The notes: generated from the sequence alone by a model not told the origin. A stretch of 64,000 nucleotides of DNA from Macrostomum hystrix (GCA_950097015.1 CATNEN010000014.1:1550001-1614000); one strand, 5' to 3'. Counted from the stretch's first letter, positions 36,051 to 48,098 are shown. Program-made: numbers and translations.

Positions 36051-36591
36051 ACTATTTCAGATAGGATTATTTTATATGCTGCTGGGGGGATTTACTTCTC
36101 TGTTTCTGAGGGGGGATTAGTTCTCTGCTGCTGGGAGGCAATTAGTTTTGTGCTACTGGGGGATTGTTTTCTGCTGCTGAGGGAATTCGTTCTTTGGTTC
36201 TGGACAGACATTTGTTATTTACTGCCGGGGAGACATTGTTTATTTGCAACTGAGGGGACTTTAGTTCTCTGCTACTGCTGCTGTCTATTCGAATATGGAT
36301 ATCCTGTCTTTACTTAATTTGAAATTAAATGTTTACTAAAACCTATATTTTAGTCAGTTATGATTCAGCTAGAGAGTTAGTCGCAGCCTGACGTACTGAC
36401 TGAGCTGCTGGGTGCGCCCGACCGGCAGACGCAGCGAGGAGGCGGAGGAACCGCACATTTCGCTAGCCCCTGGCGACCAACGGCTCGCAAACAAGGCAGC
36501 GCACCTCAGGCGATCCCTGAATGAATAAAACCTAATATTCATAAAGACTACAGGGAAATACTCAAATGAAGAGTCTCAGTCTCAAATAAAC

Positions 36592-36665
36592 GGGGGTCGG
36601 TGGAAGAGCGGTTATCGCGTTTGCCTCTCGCACCATAGTCCCTAAGTTCGATTTCACGGCGAGGC
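36592..36665 (+). mobile_element. tRNA-like SINE head (copy 2)
   Basis: Near-identical inverted copy of 32272-32346. Confidence 0.6.
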
Positions 36666-37689
36666 CACATTTATTTGGGGCGCAGTCGTGGAGAGAAGGC
36701 TTGGGGCTTTGACAGTTATATATATTATTTCACAATTACATGTTGTCAAACATTGTCTTGACTTTGATATTTTCATCTAGCTCCGAATAGAAGTACGTTT
36801 ATTATTTTGCAGAAGGACCCTTAATTATTATTCTGGTAAAGTTTCAGCATCAGGTTTTTAATGATTTTTTCTTCTACTCTTCTATCATCAACAGTTGAAA
36901 ATTTAAATTGTTAATTTGATTTATTTGGCTTTTTGGTTTCGGGTATAAATTGTGAGCACTTTCGATTAGTTACTGTCGAAGCGTATATTTGCTTGCTTTT
37001 TATCGCTCTCTGCCAATTAAAAAAAACTTTGAGTGCAGCAGCAAGTGATATTCGATACAAAACTGAGAAAATAATTTTCGAGCATATAGCTGCCATATGT
37101 AATTATATTCAGAATATATTTTAACATTTTTTCGTGCAACGCGCCTTATAGCGTTTTTGTTTCAAAACTTCGTAAAGACTGATCAATCATGTCGAGCTGT
37201 TTGCGTTTTATACGAGCTATTTTCAAAACGAAAGAAAAGTGAATTCCTGAAATTCTTGTTATATTCAAAACTAGGAGTACTTCAAAACTAGCTATTAATA
37301 GCAGGCATTATTCTTTTTTTTAAATTAGGTGTTTTTAGCAGGGAAGCAATCATTTTGAAAGCATAATAATTCAAAGGAAAACATGAAATAAAATATAATA
37401 GCGCAAGATATCAACGGATGGCGTACATGAGATAACAAGAAAATTCTTGTTACCAAACAAATAGCACAGTAAATAACGATAGAAGAAAAGGACACAGATG
37501 GATTAAAGAGCTGGTTGAACAGAGAAATTAAAAGACCGGAAAAGAAGTGCGATAAATGGAGGATGAAATCCGACACGCTCTGGGGGCGTCATAGCAGATA
37601 AAAGTGCAAAAGTCGAAGCATTTAGTGGATTTTAGTAATTTTTGTTGTACGTCTAGACAACATCACGTTAGTATCAAAGATGCCATCAC

Positions 37690-39290
37690 GGATTTTTTAT
37701 GACGGAGGGCCCGGCAGTCGCGGTCTGATTGTCTGATCGACGAGTCGGCAGATGGGTCGTTAAACAGGTTGTCGTTCGAACCGGACGAGTGGACAGGCTG
37801 CAACTGGGTCAGCGGCCGGGCTCCTGGGCGGGGCAGGCAGCTGAGCCGGTGGGTTAACCAGCGGCTTGGTGGGAGGACGATTCGTTGAGTTGGCAAGCGT
37901 CGACATCGGACTCCAGGGGAACTAGATGACTAGATGACTAGGGGCATAGACCGGCGGACCATGTGACCGGAAGCGGTGCGGAGGGTGACGTATCGGATGA
38001 CGCGAGCGGGATCTGGGTAGAGTTGGACGATCCGACACAGCCTCCAGGTGGCCTGACGCGTCGGCTCGGCGAGGAGGCAAGCCTGGCCGGGCTGAAGATT
38101 TTGGGTGGGAGATCGCGTTTTGTTGCGGCGTCGTTTCTGCAGATGGACCGAGCGTAGATGGCTGAGGTATTCACGGCTCCATCGGTTCCAGAATTCGTTC
38201 AGGATGGTTTCACGACGGCGGTGGAGGGCTCGAAGACGGTCAGCGGTTGGGGAGCCAGCATGGAGGAGCTTGTCGTTGAGGGCCGGAAGCATGTGGTGAG
38301 GACCGACACAGAGGAGTTCAGCTGGAGTCAGCGGTGACGGGTCTGCTGGGTCGCTGGAGACGGTAGTTAGTGGCCGGCAATTGAGGATCGCTTTGATCTT
38401 GACGAGAAGAGTGTGGAGCTCCTCGTCTGAGATTTGCTTGCGCAAAAAGGCAGGACGTAGGCTGGACTTGTTTGAATAAACTGGAACGAGTTTGAATTCA
38501 AGGGGCCGTTGTGCGGCCATCGGTTGGAAGTCGGCGTGTGCAGCTTCCTCTAAAACGCGGTACCAATGTGGTTCGTCAGAAACTCGCTAGCTGCTTGAAA
38601 AGCAGTGGCCCGGTCCAGAGAGATGTGCATTTTGTGAGGCCGCGACGGCTCAAGAAGCGCTCGAATGCGTGAATGATATCGTTAGCGGAGTAGTCTTAGA
38701 GGACCTCGATGTGAACTGCGCGGGTCGTACAGCAGGTAATGAGAAGGTGAAGACGGGACCAAGTTGGTCGACAAGCACAAATTAGCAAAAAGGCCGGCTT
38801 CGATTTTGAGGCGCTATTTGGGCAGTGGGCCGTGTGCTGGCAGCTGGTGTGGTGAACCTTTTGCAAGGCGACACTGGATGCAGCTGGCGAGGGTGTCGCG
38901 GACAGTGAGGAGCCCTTTCGGGATCCAGTATTTCTGGCGGAGCATGGCGAGAACGTTAGAAGCACCGGCGTGGCAGTTTTCACGGTGGATGAGCAGGGCA
39001 AGTAGCGGCCGTGTCAGGCGATGGTCGGGTGGCAGCAACAGCGGGTACTTGGAACCCTCGTCCATGGAGGCATTGGAAAAACGGCTACCAAGGCGATGGA
39101 GACCGTCGGAGAGGTGCAGGTCCATCTGGGTGATCCGTAGCTGAATATCGGGTGAAAGGCGCTGCGCAGCTGAGCTCCGCTAAGGTGGCGGAAGTTCTCA
39201 TGACGTTACAGCTGAATCCGCTGTTGACCAGCACGACGTTTAGCTTAGTGTGGTGCGAAGAAAACGTAAGGCCCCAGCCGGCCAAGCGTG
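37690..39290 (-). mobile_element. BEL/Pao pol fragment (integrase zinc-binding domain, partial core, C-terminal domain)
   Basis: HRENCHAG...LRQKYWIPKG...CIQC; ILNCRPLT; FWNRWSREYL; WRLCRIVQLYP; frameshifted. Confidence 0.88.
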
Positions 39291-39561
39291 CGTCATTTTA
39301 TTAGAGCAAACCGGGGGGTGGTGCAACTATCGATTGGCATATCGACGTACATATCGCAAGCAGATAATTGGTTGGGCCAATGCACGCGGTTCTAGGCACA
39401 GCTAGCCAACATTCCGAGCACACATGTTAGATTATAATATTACACTATCCTATCCAAGATGCTAATCATGATTTTAAGCGGAAAAAGATAACCTCGCATT
39501 AAAGCCATGAAAAAGAAAAATCAGAAAAAATATGCGACCTAGTTTAACTTATTTCAAAACA

Positions 39562-39879
39562 TATCCCATCAACCCAATAGACCATGCTAGCACTTTGATA
39601 TATTATAATATCCATCGACTGAGCTTGATATCCCCTCAACCCAATAGACCATGCTAGCACTTTGATATATTATAATATCCATTGACAAAGCTTGATATCC
39701 CCTCAACCCAATAGACCATGCTAGCACTTTGATATATTATAATATCCATTGACAAAGCTTGATATCCCCTCAACCCAATAGACCATGCTAGCACTTTGAT
39801 ATATTATAATATCCATTGACAAGGCTTGATATCCCCTCAACCCAATAGACCATGCTAGCACTTTGATATATTATAATAT
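39562..39879. repeat. 67-bp tandem repeat, about 5 copies, last one cut by the Gypsy LTR end
   Basis: CAACCCAATAGACC recurs at 39570, 39637, 39704, 39771, 39838. Confidence 0.93.
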
Positions 39880-41045
39880 TGTACTAGGGCTTTACTTCTT
39901 TTTACTTAATTCTACTGAATGCCACCAAAGTTGTTCTTGGGCTATTTTAATAATTCCACTGCTGTTGACTCAACTAATAGATATTTTCAATTGGCGGTCC
40001 TTAAATGGGCCGTTTTAACTTCTCAAATGGTAGCGTTTATATATATGCACGAGCGGTAACTAGGCAACTGTACACGTTTCCAGTCAATTAGGCGTCCCCG
40101 AGATTAGAGTTTAGCAGTTTCCCTTCTGTAATATTCTTAGTATAATTTCTGAGTATGAGTCTGATTATATCTCTCACTGCTATCTCTTCTTAAAATGAAT
40201 AACACAATGCAATACCTTCGGAAATTTGCGTTTTAACACACTTAAAAACTCTTTTTACACACTAAAACTTCTTCAATTTCAACTCTTTACACACTTCAAA
40301 TTATCTCACTAGTAGTAGGTATTGGGGGTATAGGACACTCCTGTTTTTTTAAATTAGTATTCATTTTTTCAAAGGGCCCCTCGAGACCGAAAAAATAGAA
40401 TTTTCTATAAAAAATGAACACTACTAATAACAAATATATCGGATTATGGCACACTCCTGTTTTTTTTTAAATTAGTGTTTATTTTTTCAAAGGGCCCCTC
40501 GAGACCGAAAAAATAGAATTTTCTATAAAAAATGAACACTACTAAAAACAAATATATCGGATTATGGCACACTCCTGTTTTTTAAAATTAGTATTCATTT
40601 TTTCGAAGGGCCCCTCGAGACCGAAAAAATAGAATTTTCTATAAAAAATGAACACTACTAAAAACAAAACACTCGGGTTATGGCACACTCCTGTTTTTTT
40701 TAAATTAGTATTCATTTTTTCGAAGGGCCCCTCGAGACCGAAAAAATAGAATTTTCTATAAAAAATATATACTACTAAAAACAAAACACTCGGGTTATGG
40801 CACACTCCAATTTTTTAAAAAAGGGATTTTGAAAACGTCGTTTTCCACCCCAAAAAATAGTTTTTAACAATTTTTCCTAAGCCCACAGCTCCGCTGCGGG
40901 CCCAGGAGAAATTGTTAAAAATATTTTTGGAATTGAAAATAACTGTTTCAAAATCGGAATACCCCAATATCCACTACTAAGGAAAATGGCTTCGCGCTTC
41001 CTGCGGGCCCAGTATATAAAAATTGTAAAAAAAATTCTCTAAAAA

Positions 41046-43165
41046 ATGGCGACGAACCGAACCTTTCTAGGGTCTGGTCTATCTGGACTGTCAAAAATAA
41101 ATATTGATGTACCAGAACAAAACCCTAAATATTCGTATAGAATATTAGAAGTAAATAAAACTGAAAAAAGGAATTCAAAAATTTCAAGCAGGAATATAAA
41201 CGGGAATATAGAATAAAAGTATTAAAAATATAATTACCGCCATTTAAGACAATCCTCAATAAGATGATACATAAGGCAGCTACTATTAATGGAAAATATT
41301 ATAAAAGTGCGCACATACAATTTGAACAATTTGAATTTGATAATTCAAGAAATTGTAGATTTAGGTTTACTTCAATAAAAGAAGCTGTAGAGGATATTAG
41401 TAATAAAATGGAAATGATTTTTCAAAGCAACGGTAGCACAAACATAACTGATATATTGTTTAGATTTTATGTAGTATTGGATCCAAATGGTAAAGGTAAA
41501 CACGCGGACCTGTTTGTGTCAGCACAAAAAAATCTATAATAACAATAAATAATGAAGATTCAATATGCATGGCAAGAGCTATAGTAACAGCTATCGTAAA
41601 TAACAAGCGATGTATTGATTTATCAGAGAATGAGGCAACTTATATTAAAAAAGGCTGAAAATAACAAAAAGAGTATGCAATAATATTACACAAGTCGGCC
41701 AAAGTAGAAATAAAAGAAGAAGGAAATAATTTAACAGATTTACAAAAATTTGAAGATTATTTACAAATACGCATTTTACAAAGAACTCCAAAACAAGTAT
41801 AGCACTAAAAAAATTCGATCCCTATGATGCGTTTTATGGGGGCCGAACAGAACCGATAAAATTATATAAAAACAATTTTACAGGAGGATATGTTGATGTT
41901 GTTTCATTATATCCCTGGGTACAATCAAATTGTGAATATCCAGTAGGACACCCTATAAAAATCATAAAACCTAAGAAATACGATCCTAATTGGTTTGGAT
42001 TAATTAAATGTAAAATATTACCTCCAAGATATTTATATCATCCTGTTTTACCAGTCAAGACTCATAAATTATTATTCGGTTTATGCAGAACATGTATGGA
42101 GGGGCAAAGTAAAACATTTTGCAAACATTCAGAGGAAGAAAGATGCCTTATAGGTGTGTGGGCTACACCGGAAATAAAGAAAGCACTAGAGAAGGGTTAT
42201 GTAATTAGAGAAATATATGAAGTAGAACATTTTGAAGAAACATCAACAAAGTTATTTACAAATTATGTTAATACATTAAAAAAAATGATGCATCGGGATG
42301 TCCGTGTAAAACTGATTGTAGCAAAATTTATTGCCCCAAACTACAAAAATACATTGAAGACAGCAAAAAAATTGATAACATTGATTTAGATCCAAAAAAG
42401 ATTAGGCTAAATGCAGGTTTGCGTTTTATTGCCAAAATATGCTTAAATAGCTTATGGGGGCATTTTGGCATGAAGGAAGTATATACAGAATTAGAATATG
42501 TCAATACAACTGAAAGACAATGCAATATAATATTTAATAAACAATATGAAGATGTTTCTCAAATAGAATTAGGAAAAAATTACAGATTAATGGAATACAA
42601 ATCTAATTTAGTGTATAAAAACCCACATCCTAAAACAAATATTTATATAGCATTATTTACAACGGTACATGCCCATTTAAAATTATATTCATATTTAGAA
42701 GTATTAGATCGAAGAGTTTTATATATGGATACAGATAGTGTTATTTATGAAGACGATGGCTCTGATGAAGTTTCTAAAATTAAATCACAAATAAGAAACT
42801 TATTTGGAGACTTAACAAATGAATTAGGAAATGATCATATTGTAGAATTTATAGCACCGGCCCCAAAAGATTATGGATATAGAAAAAGTAATGGAGAAAT
42901 TGTATTAAAAAATAAAGGTATAAGGATGATCGCAGAAGCAGAGGAAAAAATAGACATGTCATTAAAAACCGCACTGGTTAAAGGAAAAAAAGGGTGTTTT
43001 AATAGAACAAATTAAATTTCTAATAAATAAGGAAACTAGACAAATAGCTGTTGATAACGGTAAAAAGAAATATGGTTTTGGTTTTGATAAACGTTTTGTG
43101 GAGTGGGAAAATGAAAATACAATAAACACTTTTCCCATAGGATATTATGATAAAAATATTTAATT
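41046..43165 (+). pseudogene. polB: pPolB of Maverick B, fragmented and lacking the exonuclease region
   Basis: KSIITINNEDSICMARAIV; YDAFYGGRTE; DVVSLYP...YPVGHP; KICLNSLWGHFG; YMDTDS; APKDY; FDKR...FPIGY; no Exo I-III motifs seen. Confidence 0.92.
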
Positions 43166-43168
43166 AAA

Positions 43169-43594
43169 ATGACAAAGAAAAAATCAAGAAATGAAAGATT
43201 AAGAAAAGAACTATATAGAATTAATCATTATACAGAACTTAATAAATATTCTTTAAATTTAAAAGTCCAACCGGTCGAAAACATGTTTCCTATTATTTTA
43301 AAAAGGCTTCAAGATTATAATAAATATGATAAAGAAACATTTGATAAATGGTATGAACAACAAAAAAGATTCTTTGTAATTTTTCATGATGAGAAAAATA
43401 GAAAAAATAAATATGTAAATCCTGATTGGGAAGATGAAGATCCTGATTGGTTTACAGTTAGGTTTTGTTCTAATTGCGGCTTATATTTTAAAACTGAATG
43501 GGGTCAAGAAGATACAAATATACCCTTATGCCATAGAAGCCAATTTCCGGGTGAAGAAGGTAAACAAGGATGTTTTGGAAAGAAATATTGCTGA
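43169..43594 (+). CDS. Maverick hypothetical protein with a CxxC motif
   Basis: Intact 141-aa ORF; FCSNCG. Confidence 0.5.
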   Translation: MTKKKSRNERLRKELYRINHYTELNKYSLNLKVQPVENMFPIILKRLQDYNKYDKETFDKWYEQQKRFFVIFHDEKNRKNKYVNPDWEDEDPDWFTVRFCSNCGLYFKTEWGQEDTNIPLCHRSQFPGEEGKQGCFGKKYC

Positions 43595-43598
43595 TCCT

Positions 43599-43824
43599 CT
43601 TTCGGTACCTTTTTTCGGTACCTTTTTTCGGTACTTTCGGTACCTTTTTACGGTACTTTCGGTACCTTTTTTACGGTACTTTCGATACCTTTCGATACCT
43701 TTCAATACCTTTCGATACCTTTTTACGGTACTTTCGATACCTTTCTTATGGTACTTTCGATACCTTTCTTACGGTACTTTCGATACCTTTCTTAAGGTAC
43801 TTTCGATACCTTTTGATCCCTTTT
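43599..43824. repeat. Imperfect array of TTTCGGTACCT/TTTCGATACCT units
   Basis: Read directly; intergenic, upstream of the HTH ORF. Confidence 0.9.
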
Positions 43825-43854
43825 GAGCTTGTGTCTAAATTTTTTATTTAAAAA

Positions 43855-44391
43855 ATGGATTTATTGTCAGAAATCGAAACAGCTGAAAGATTGCAAAATC
43901 TTCAACTTGATGGAAATAAAATTAGCAATTCCTTTAAAATTTTACAACATGTTAAATTTATGAAGATAAAAGCTGAAAGACCAGATTTAACACAAAACCA
44001 AATATGTAAAACTATTGGAACATCTTCCTCAACAATGAAAAGACTTAGAAAATATTTAGCAATTTCTTCACCTTATAGATATAATGTACCGCTTCGTACG
44101 TACTCAATAGCAAATCCAGAAGATAGAGTAAAATGCGATCATTCCCTTCCGGATGGAACCACATGTGAATTTATTGCAAAGAACAAAGTGGGTTTAATGG
44201 CTCATGAAAGATCAAAACATCTAACCGCCTCGCCGCAGGCACCGCAGGCGCCGCAGGCGCAGACACAACCTCAATCAATTATGCGACAAGGAAGAAAGGC
44301 GGAGCCGCTTCAAGGAAGAACAAGAAAAAAATCTTGTACGGATGATGTTACAGAAGCTGATATACAAAGAACTATAAAAAATATGGTTTAA
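43855..44391 (+). CDS. Putative HTH plus C2H2-like DNA-binding protein
   Basis: LTQNQICKTIGTSSSTMKRL (HTH-like); CDH...CEFIAKNKVGLMAHERSKH. Confidence 0.6.
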   Translation: MDLLSEIETAERLQNLQLDGNKISNSFKILQHVKFMKIKAERPDLTQNQICKTIGTSSSTMKRLRKYLAISSPYRYNVPLRTYSIANPEDRVKCDHSLPDGTTCEFIAKNKVGLMAHERSKHLTASPQAPQAPQAQTQPQSIMRQGRKAEPLQGRTRKKSCTDDVTEADIQRTIKNMV

Positions 44392-44392
44392 A

Positions 44393-44812
44393 ATGACAGA
44401 ATTTTTGGAACTTGTAAAACAGGATAAAGAACTTTTAAAAGAAATAGCTATAGAATCAAATGAATTTAATAAAATGAATTTAGCAAATAAGGCAGGAGCG
44501 GGTGAGAAATTATTTGTACAAAATAAGCAATTATTTGCTGCGGTAGGATATATGGCCGATGAAATGAGAGACATGGAGGCAGAAAATACAGCTCTAAATG
44601 ATAAATTAAAAGAAGTTGGAAGCTATGATGAAAAAGAAGTAAATATGAAAATTAAAATAAATAGAAACAACCTTAAACAAATAGATGAAAATATATTAAA
44701 ACGGTTAGAAAAAAGAGTGGCAAATACTGCACGTTTAATAAACTCTGGGGCTACAGAACCAAATAAAAAGAATAATTATAATACAATTATATATAAAACT
44801 ACACCAAAATAA
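44393..44812 (+). CDS. Maverick hypothetical coiled-coil protein
   Basis: Intact 139-aa ORF, charged and helical composition. Confidence 0.5.
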   Translation: MTEFLELVKQDKELLKEIAIESNEFNKMNLANKAGAGEKLFVQNKQLFAAVGYMADEMRDMEAENTALNDKLKEVGSYDEKEVNMKIKINRNNLKQIDENILKRLEKRVANTARLINSGATEPNKKNNYNTIIYKTTPK

Positions 44813-44908
44813 AATTTTAAACATTTGTAAAGATTTATTTAAAATAATAATCATGTCATCTAATTGATTAAAATATGTTGTAATTATCATTTTTTACTAT
44901 TTTAAATA

Positions 44909-45346
44909 ATGGATTTTAAAGAGTTTACTAAAATCTTTGGAACAGATACAACAACAAATTTTGACTTATATAGATGGGCAAAACACTTAAAACTAAAACC
45001 CTTTTTCTATGTAATGAGAGATGAAATACAAGCTCTGGAGCTTGCCGGAAAACCCTCTTACATAATGACAAATATTCATACAACCAAACAAAGAGGAATT
45101 CATCACTCGGCAATTTATTATGACCCCATTAAAAAAATAACATATTGGTTTGACTCATATGCTCTTCCACCATTAGAAGAAGTATTAAAAAAATTTAAAC
45201 ACACAGATCTTTATTATGGGGATGAAAAAGAACAAAGACAAAACATTTTTCTTAACCAAAAATTTTGTGGCCAAATGGGTTTATTCTTTTTATATAGAAT
45301 TTCTAAAGGAGATAGTTATTTGAAGGCTTTAACCCACATATCATAG
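44909..45346 (+). CDS. Adenain-like cysteine protease
   Basis: YVMRDE; QRGIHH (His); WFDSY (Asp); QKFCG (Cys). Confidence 0.88.
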   Translation: MDFKEFTKIFGTDTTTNFDLYRWAKHLKLKPFFYVMRDEIQALELAGKPSYIMTNIHTTKQRGIHHSAIYYDPIKKITYWFDSYALPPLEEVLKKFKHTDLYYGDEKEQRQNIFLNQKFCGQMGLFFLYRISKGDSYLKALTHIS

Positions 45347-45365
45347 ATGTCTCTTCGAGAATAAT

Positions 45366-46117
45366 TCACTGTGGTGCAGAAGGCCCCACACTAGAATGTT
45401 GTAAATTTAGGTTGTAGTTATTATTTTGTAATCCTAGTCTAGCTCTGATTAAATTTTCATTATATTCATTTTTTAATTTTTTCTTAATATTTTTAGATAG
45501 AGTACTTTGTTTTAGAATTTCACTGACATATTTTTCAGGCTCTTCAGCAACGGGTTCGGCGCCATCGCCAACAACCTGGCTACGCACAGGATTTTGAATG
45601 CTGTCTATCAATTTGCAATACTCTACATACATTAAAGTGGCTTCTTCAACTTCTTCAAAAGTAATTTTATTATCTTCATAAACTTTCTGTGAATAAATAT
45701 ACATTTTATTTGAATAATCTCTAGCCAATTCTTTTAGTTTTGTATACCTTACTTTTTTCTTTTTATAAAACAGCATACTTGCAGAAAAGATTGAAATAGT
45801 TTTAATCACTTCAAAACCACTCAAACTTGCAGCGGCAATTCCTAAAACTAAAGGATTTAATGTAACAACGGTTCCTACGATTCCCACACTTGCTATTCCG
45901 GCTGTATAAAGAGATCCTAAACCTATATTAATTGCGTTTAATATTCGAATTTTTTTGAAAACTTTTTTACCTTTTTTGGAAAAATCTCTAGATCTTTTTT
46001 AATACATTCTATGTCTCCACTAATTTTACCTTTTCTCATATAATAAAGTTTTTCTTCTGCAGTGGGCTCTGCCAAGACGGAAATCTCCGGATAAAGTTTT
46101 GGCAAAGAATCAGACAT
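45366..46117 (-). pseudogene. Conserved Maverick membrane-associated ORF, one frameshift near 45970
   Basis: KLYPEI...PTAE start; hydrophobic core GIVGTVVTLNPLVLGIAAASL; DNKITFEE. Confidence 0.6.
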
Positions 46118-46120
46118 TTT

Positions 46121-47260
46121 TTAAGAAATTAATTTCAGCACAGGAAAAAATTGAACATACGTAATAAAAACACGGTCAGAACCCGGAGTAGCAGAAAGAA
46201 CCTTTAGTCTATATTGTTTATATTCTGATATAGTTTCTGGTAAATAAAAATGCTTTAACATCTTTCCAACATATCCGGCATTTTCTGTAGAATAAATTTT
46301 ATCTTCTGCTGCTACTCTGCAGCCATAAAGTTCAAAAGCTTTAATCTGATTAGTATTTTCAGGACGAGTAATACTATGACTCATCATACTAAACTTCCAT
46401 ATTTTTATTTCTTCAGGAAAACTGAAAATAAATTGAAAAGATGTAGACACAGTTGTAACAAAATGGCTAAAATTAGTTCCAAACATATTCCATTTTAAAG
46501 AAAAATCATTAACTGTGCCTGTGGGACAGAATATATCAAATCCTAATGAAGTATATTTTGAAATCGTTTCATAATCTGGAATATAACCTGTAAGAGATTT
46601 TACTCCAACCTCTTTAGAGATAATTATTTCTAATTTTCTAACTTTTGGATGTGTGTCAATAGGTGTATAACGGTTCACAGTTGTTTTAAAAATAATTTTA
46701 CAATATTTACTATTCAGAATTGCATCGGGTTCTAAGCGGTCACCCCAAGCCTGTATATCAGAATCTGGTGGTGCATCATCATAGATGTCTCTTCGAGAAT
46801 GACTAATTTCTATTTTCCAAGTAGGAAGATCTTCTCCAATAATATTGATTCTTTCTATTATTTTATTAGATTTAATTATTATGTAATGTGAACCCATTTC
46901 AGTTGGTTCCCAAAATGTCTCTGGATTATTATCTATCATTTTAAAACTATTTTCAGTATTTGAAGAACATCTAATTTCCTCTATGCTCTGCATAACGTAG
47001 TACATAGTTTTCAATTTGTGCTCGGTACGGGTTTGCGCGGCACGCGCAGCCACGAGAGTGGACCGCATCTCAGACACCGAGTTTTTCAATTCATTCACAC
47101 CTGCATCTACTTCCGTTTTATTGTAGGTTTCACTACGTGGGTATACCTCATCTTTTTTATAATATCTTTTGTCAGCTTGAGAAAGAGAAAATGCATTTAT
47201 TTGGGCTGATCCTGCAAAATTCATAGTACAAAATCTATCCGGTGTGTTTTCTAACGCCAT
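46121..47260 (-). CDS. Putative virion fiber or receptor-binding protein
   Basis: YNKTEVD fiber-type motif and coiled coil, then discoidin/galactose-binding-like segments (MIDNNPETFWEP). Confidence 0.5.
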   Translation of the reverse strand: MALENTPDRFCTMNFAGSAQINAFSLSQADKRYYKKDEVYPRSETYNKTEVDAGVNELKNSVSEMRSTLVAARAAQTRTEHKLKTMYYVMQSIEEIRCSSNTENSFKMIDNNPETFWEPTEMGSHYIIIKSNKIIERINIIGEDLPTWKIEISHSRRDIYDDAPPDSDIQAWGDRLEPDAILNSKYCKIIFKTTVNRYTPIDTHPKVRKLEIIISKEVGVKSLTGYIPDYETISKYTSLGFDIFCPTGTVNDFSLKWNMFGTNFSHFVTTVSTSFQFIFSFPEEIKIWKFSMMSHSITRPENTNQIKAFELYGCRVAAEDKIYSTENAGYVGKMLKHFYLPETISEYKQYRLKVLSATPGSDRVFITYVQFFPVLKLIS

Positions 47261-47286
47261 GTTTCGTCAATTTTAATATGAAAAAA

Positions 47287-48087
47287 TTAATTCTGCTGAA
47301 CTTGAATACTTAAAAATATTTCTTCACCACCAAAATCATAAAGAACTCCAGATTCATCTTCAATACTAAAATTTAATTGACTGATTTGATTATTTCGCAA
47401 AGGATAATAAACAGGATCATTAACTATAATAACAATCTTTTTTCCCATAGTAACAGAATATGCGGGAAATGAAAACAATATCTGCTTTGACGTCATTTTT
47501 CCATTTTCGTCACTTGAATACCCACCTTCAATTTCTAAAGCTCGAATAAAAATAACACTCTTTCCACCATTAATTTTAGCATGATTAGGTGCACGCATAC
47601 CGTGATATTTTTCAGAATTAAATCCGAGAAGGTGTCTAAAATTATTAGGATTGCTTTCATCATTAAAATCTACTATTACATTAGGATTTAAATTAAGTTC
47701 TACCTTTCCTGTTGCAAAATGGGGCGTAAAAATATTTTGGCTAAGAGAATCCTCAACTTTATATAATGAGTCTCCAGCTCGGCCAGTTTGTAGATTAATT
47801 TCTTTAGATAAACTTTCTAATTCCCAAGAACCAGGAGGGATTTTTAAAGTTTTATATGTTGTTCCATTATCCATAGAATATCTAAAATTATTATTTGCTG
47901 CCGTTATATTTTTAATTGAATCATATACGGCAAACTTTATCAAAGCCATTTCATATTTCAATTCGGGGTTTAAATCTATTGGTGTTGGAAAAGTTACTCT
48001 AATTGGATTTTCTTTCACACAAATATTGAATGTTGTTTTAAATTTATTTGAAATTCTATTTATTAGTTTTTCTAATTTTTCTTCCAT
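47287..48087 (-). CDS. Minor capsid (penton) protein
   Basis: VTFPTPIDL...YEMAL; IPPGSWE; VYYPL...ISQLNFSIEDESG. Confidence 0.85.
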   Translation of the reverse strand: MEEKLEKLINRISNKFKTTFNICVKENPIRVTFPTPIDLNPELKYEMALIKFAVYDSIKNITAANNNFRYSMDNGTTYKTLKIPPGSWELESLSKEINLQTGRAGDSLYKVEDSLSQNIFTPHFATGKVELNLNPNVIVDFNDESNPNNFRHLLGFNSEKYHGMRAPNHAKINGGKSVIFIRALEIEGGYSSDENGKMTSKQILFSFPAYSVTMGKKIVIIVNDPVYYPLRNNQISQLNFSIEDESGVLYDFGGEEIFLSIQVQQN

Positions 48088-48098
48088 TTATATCATTT

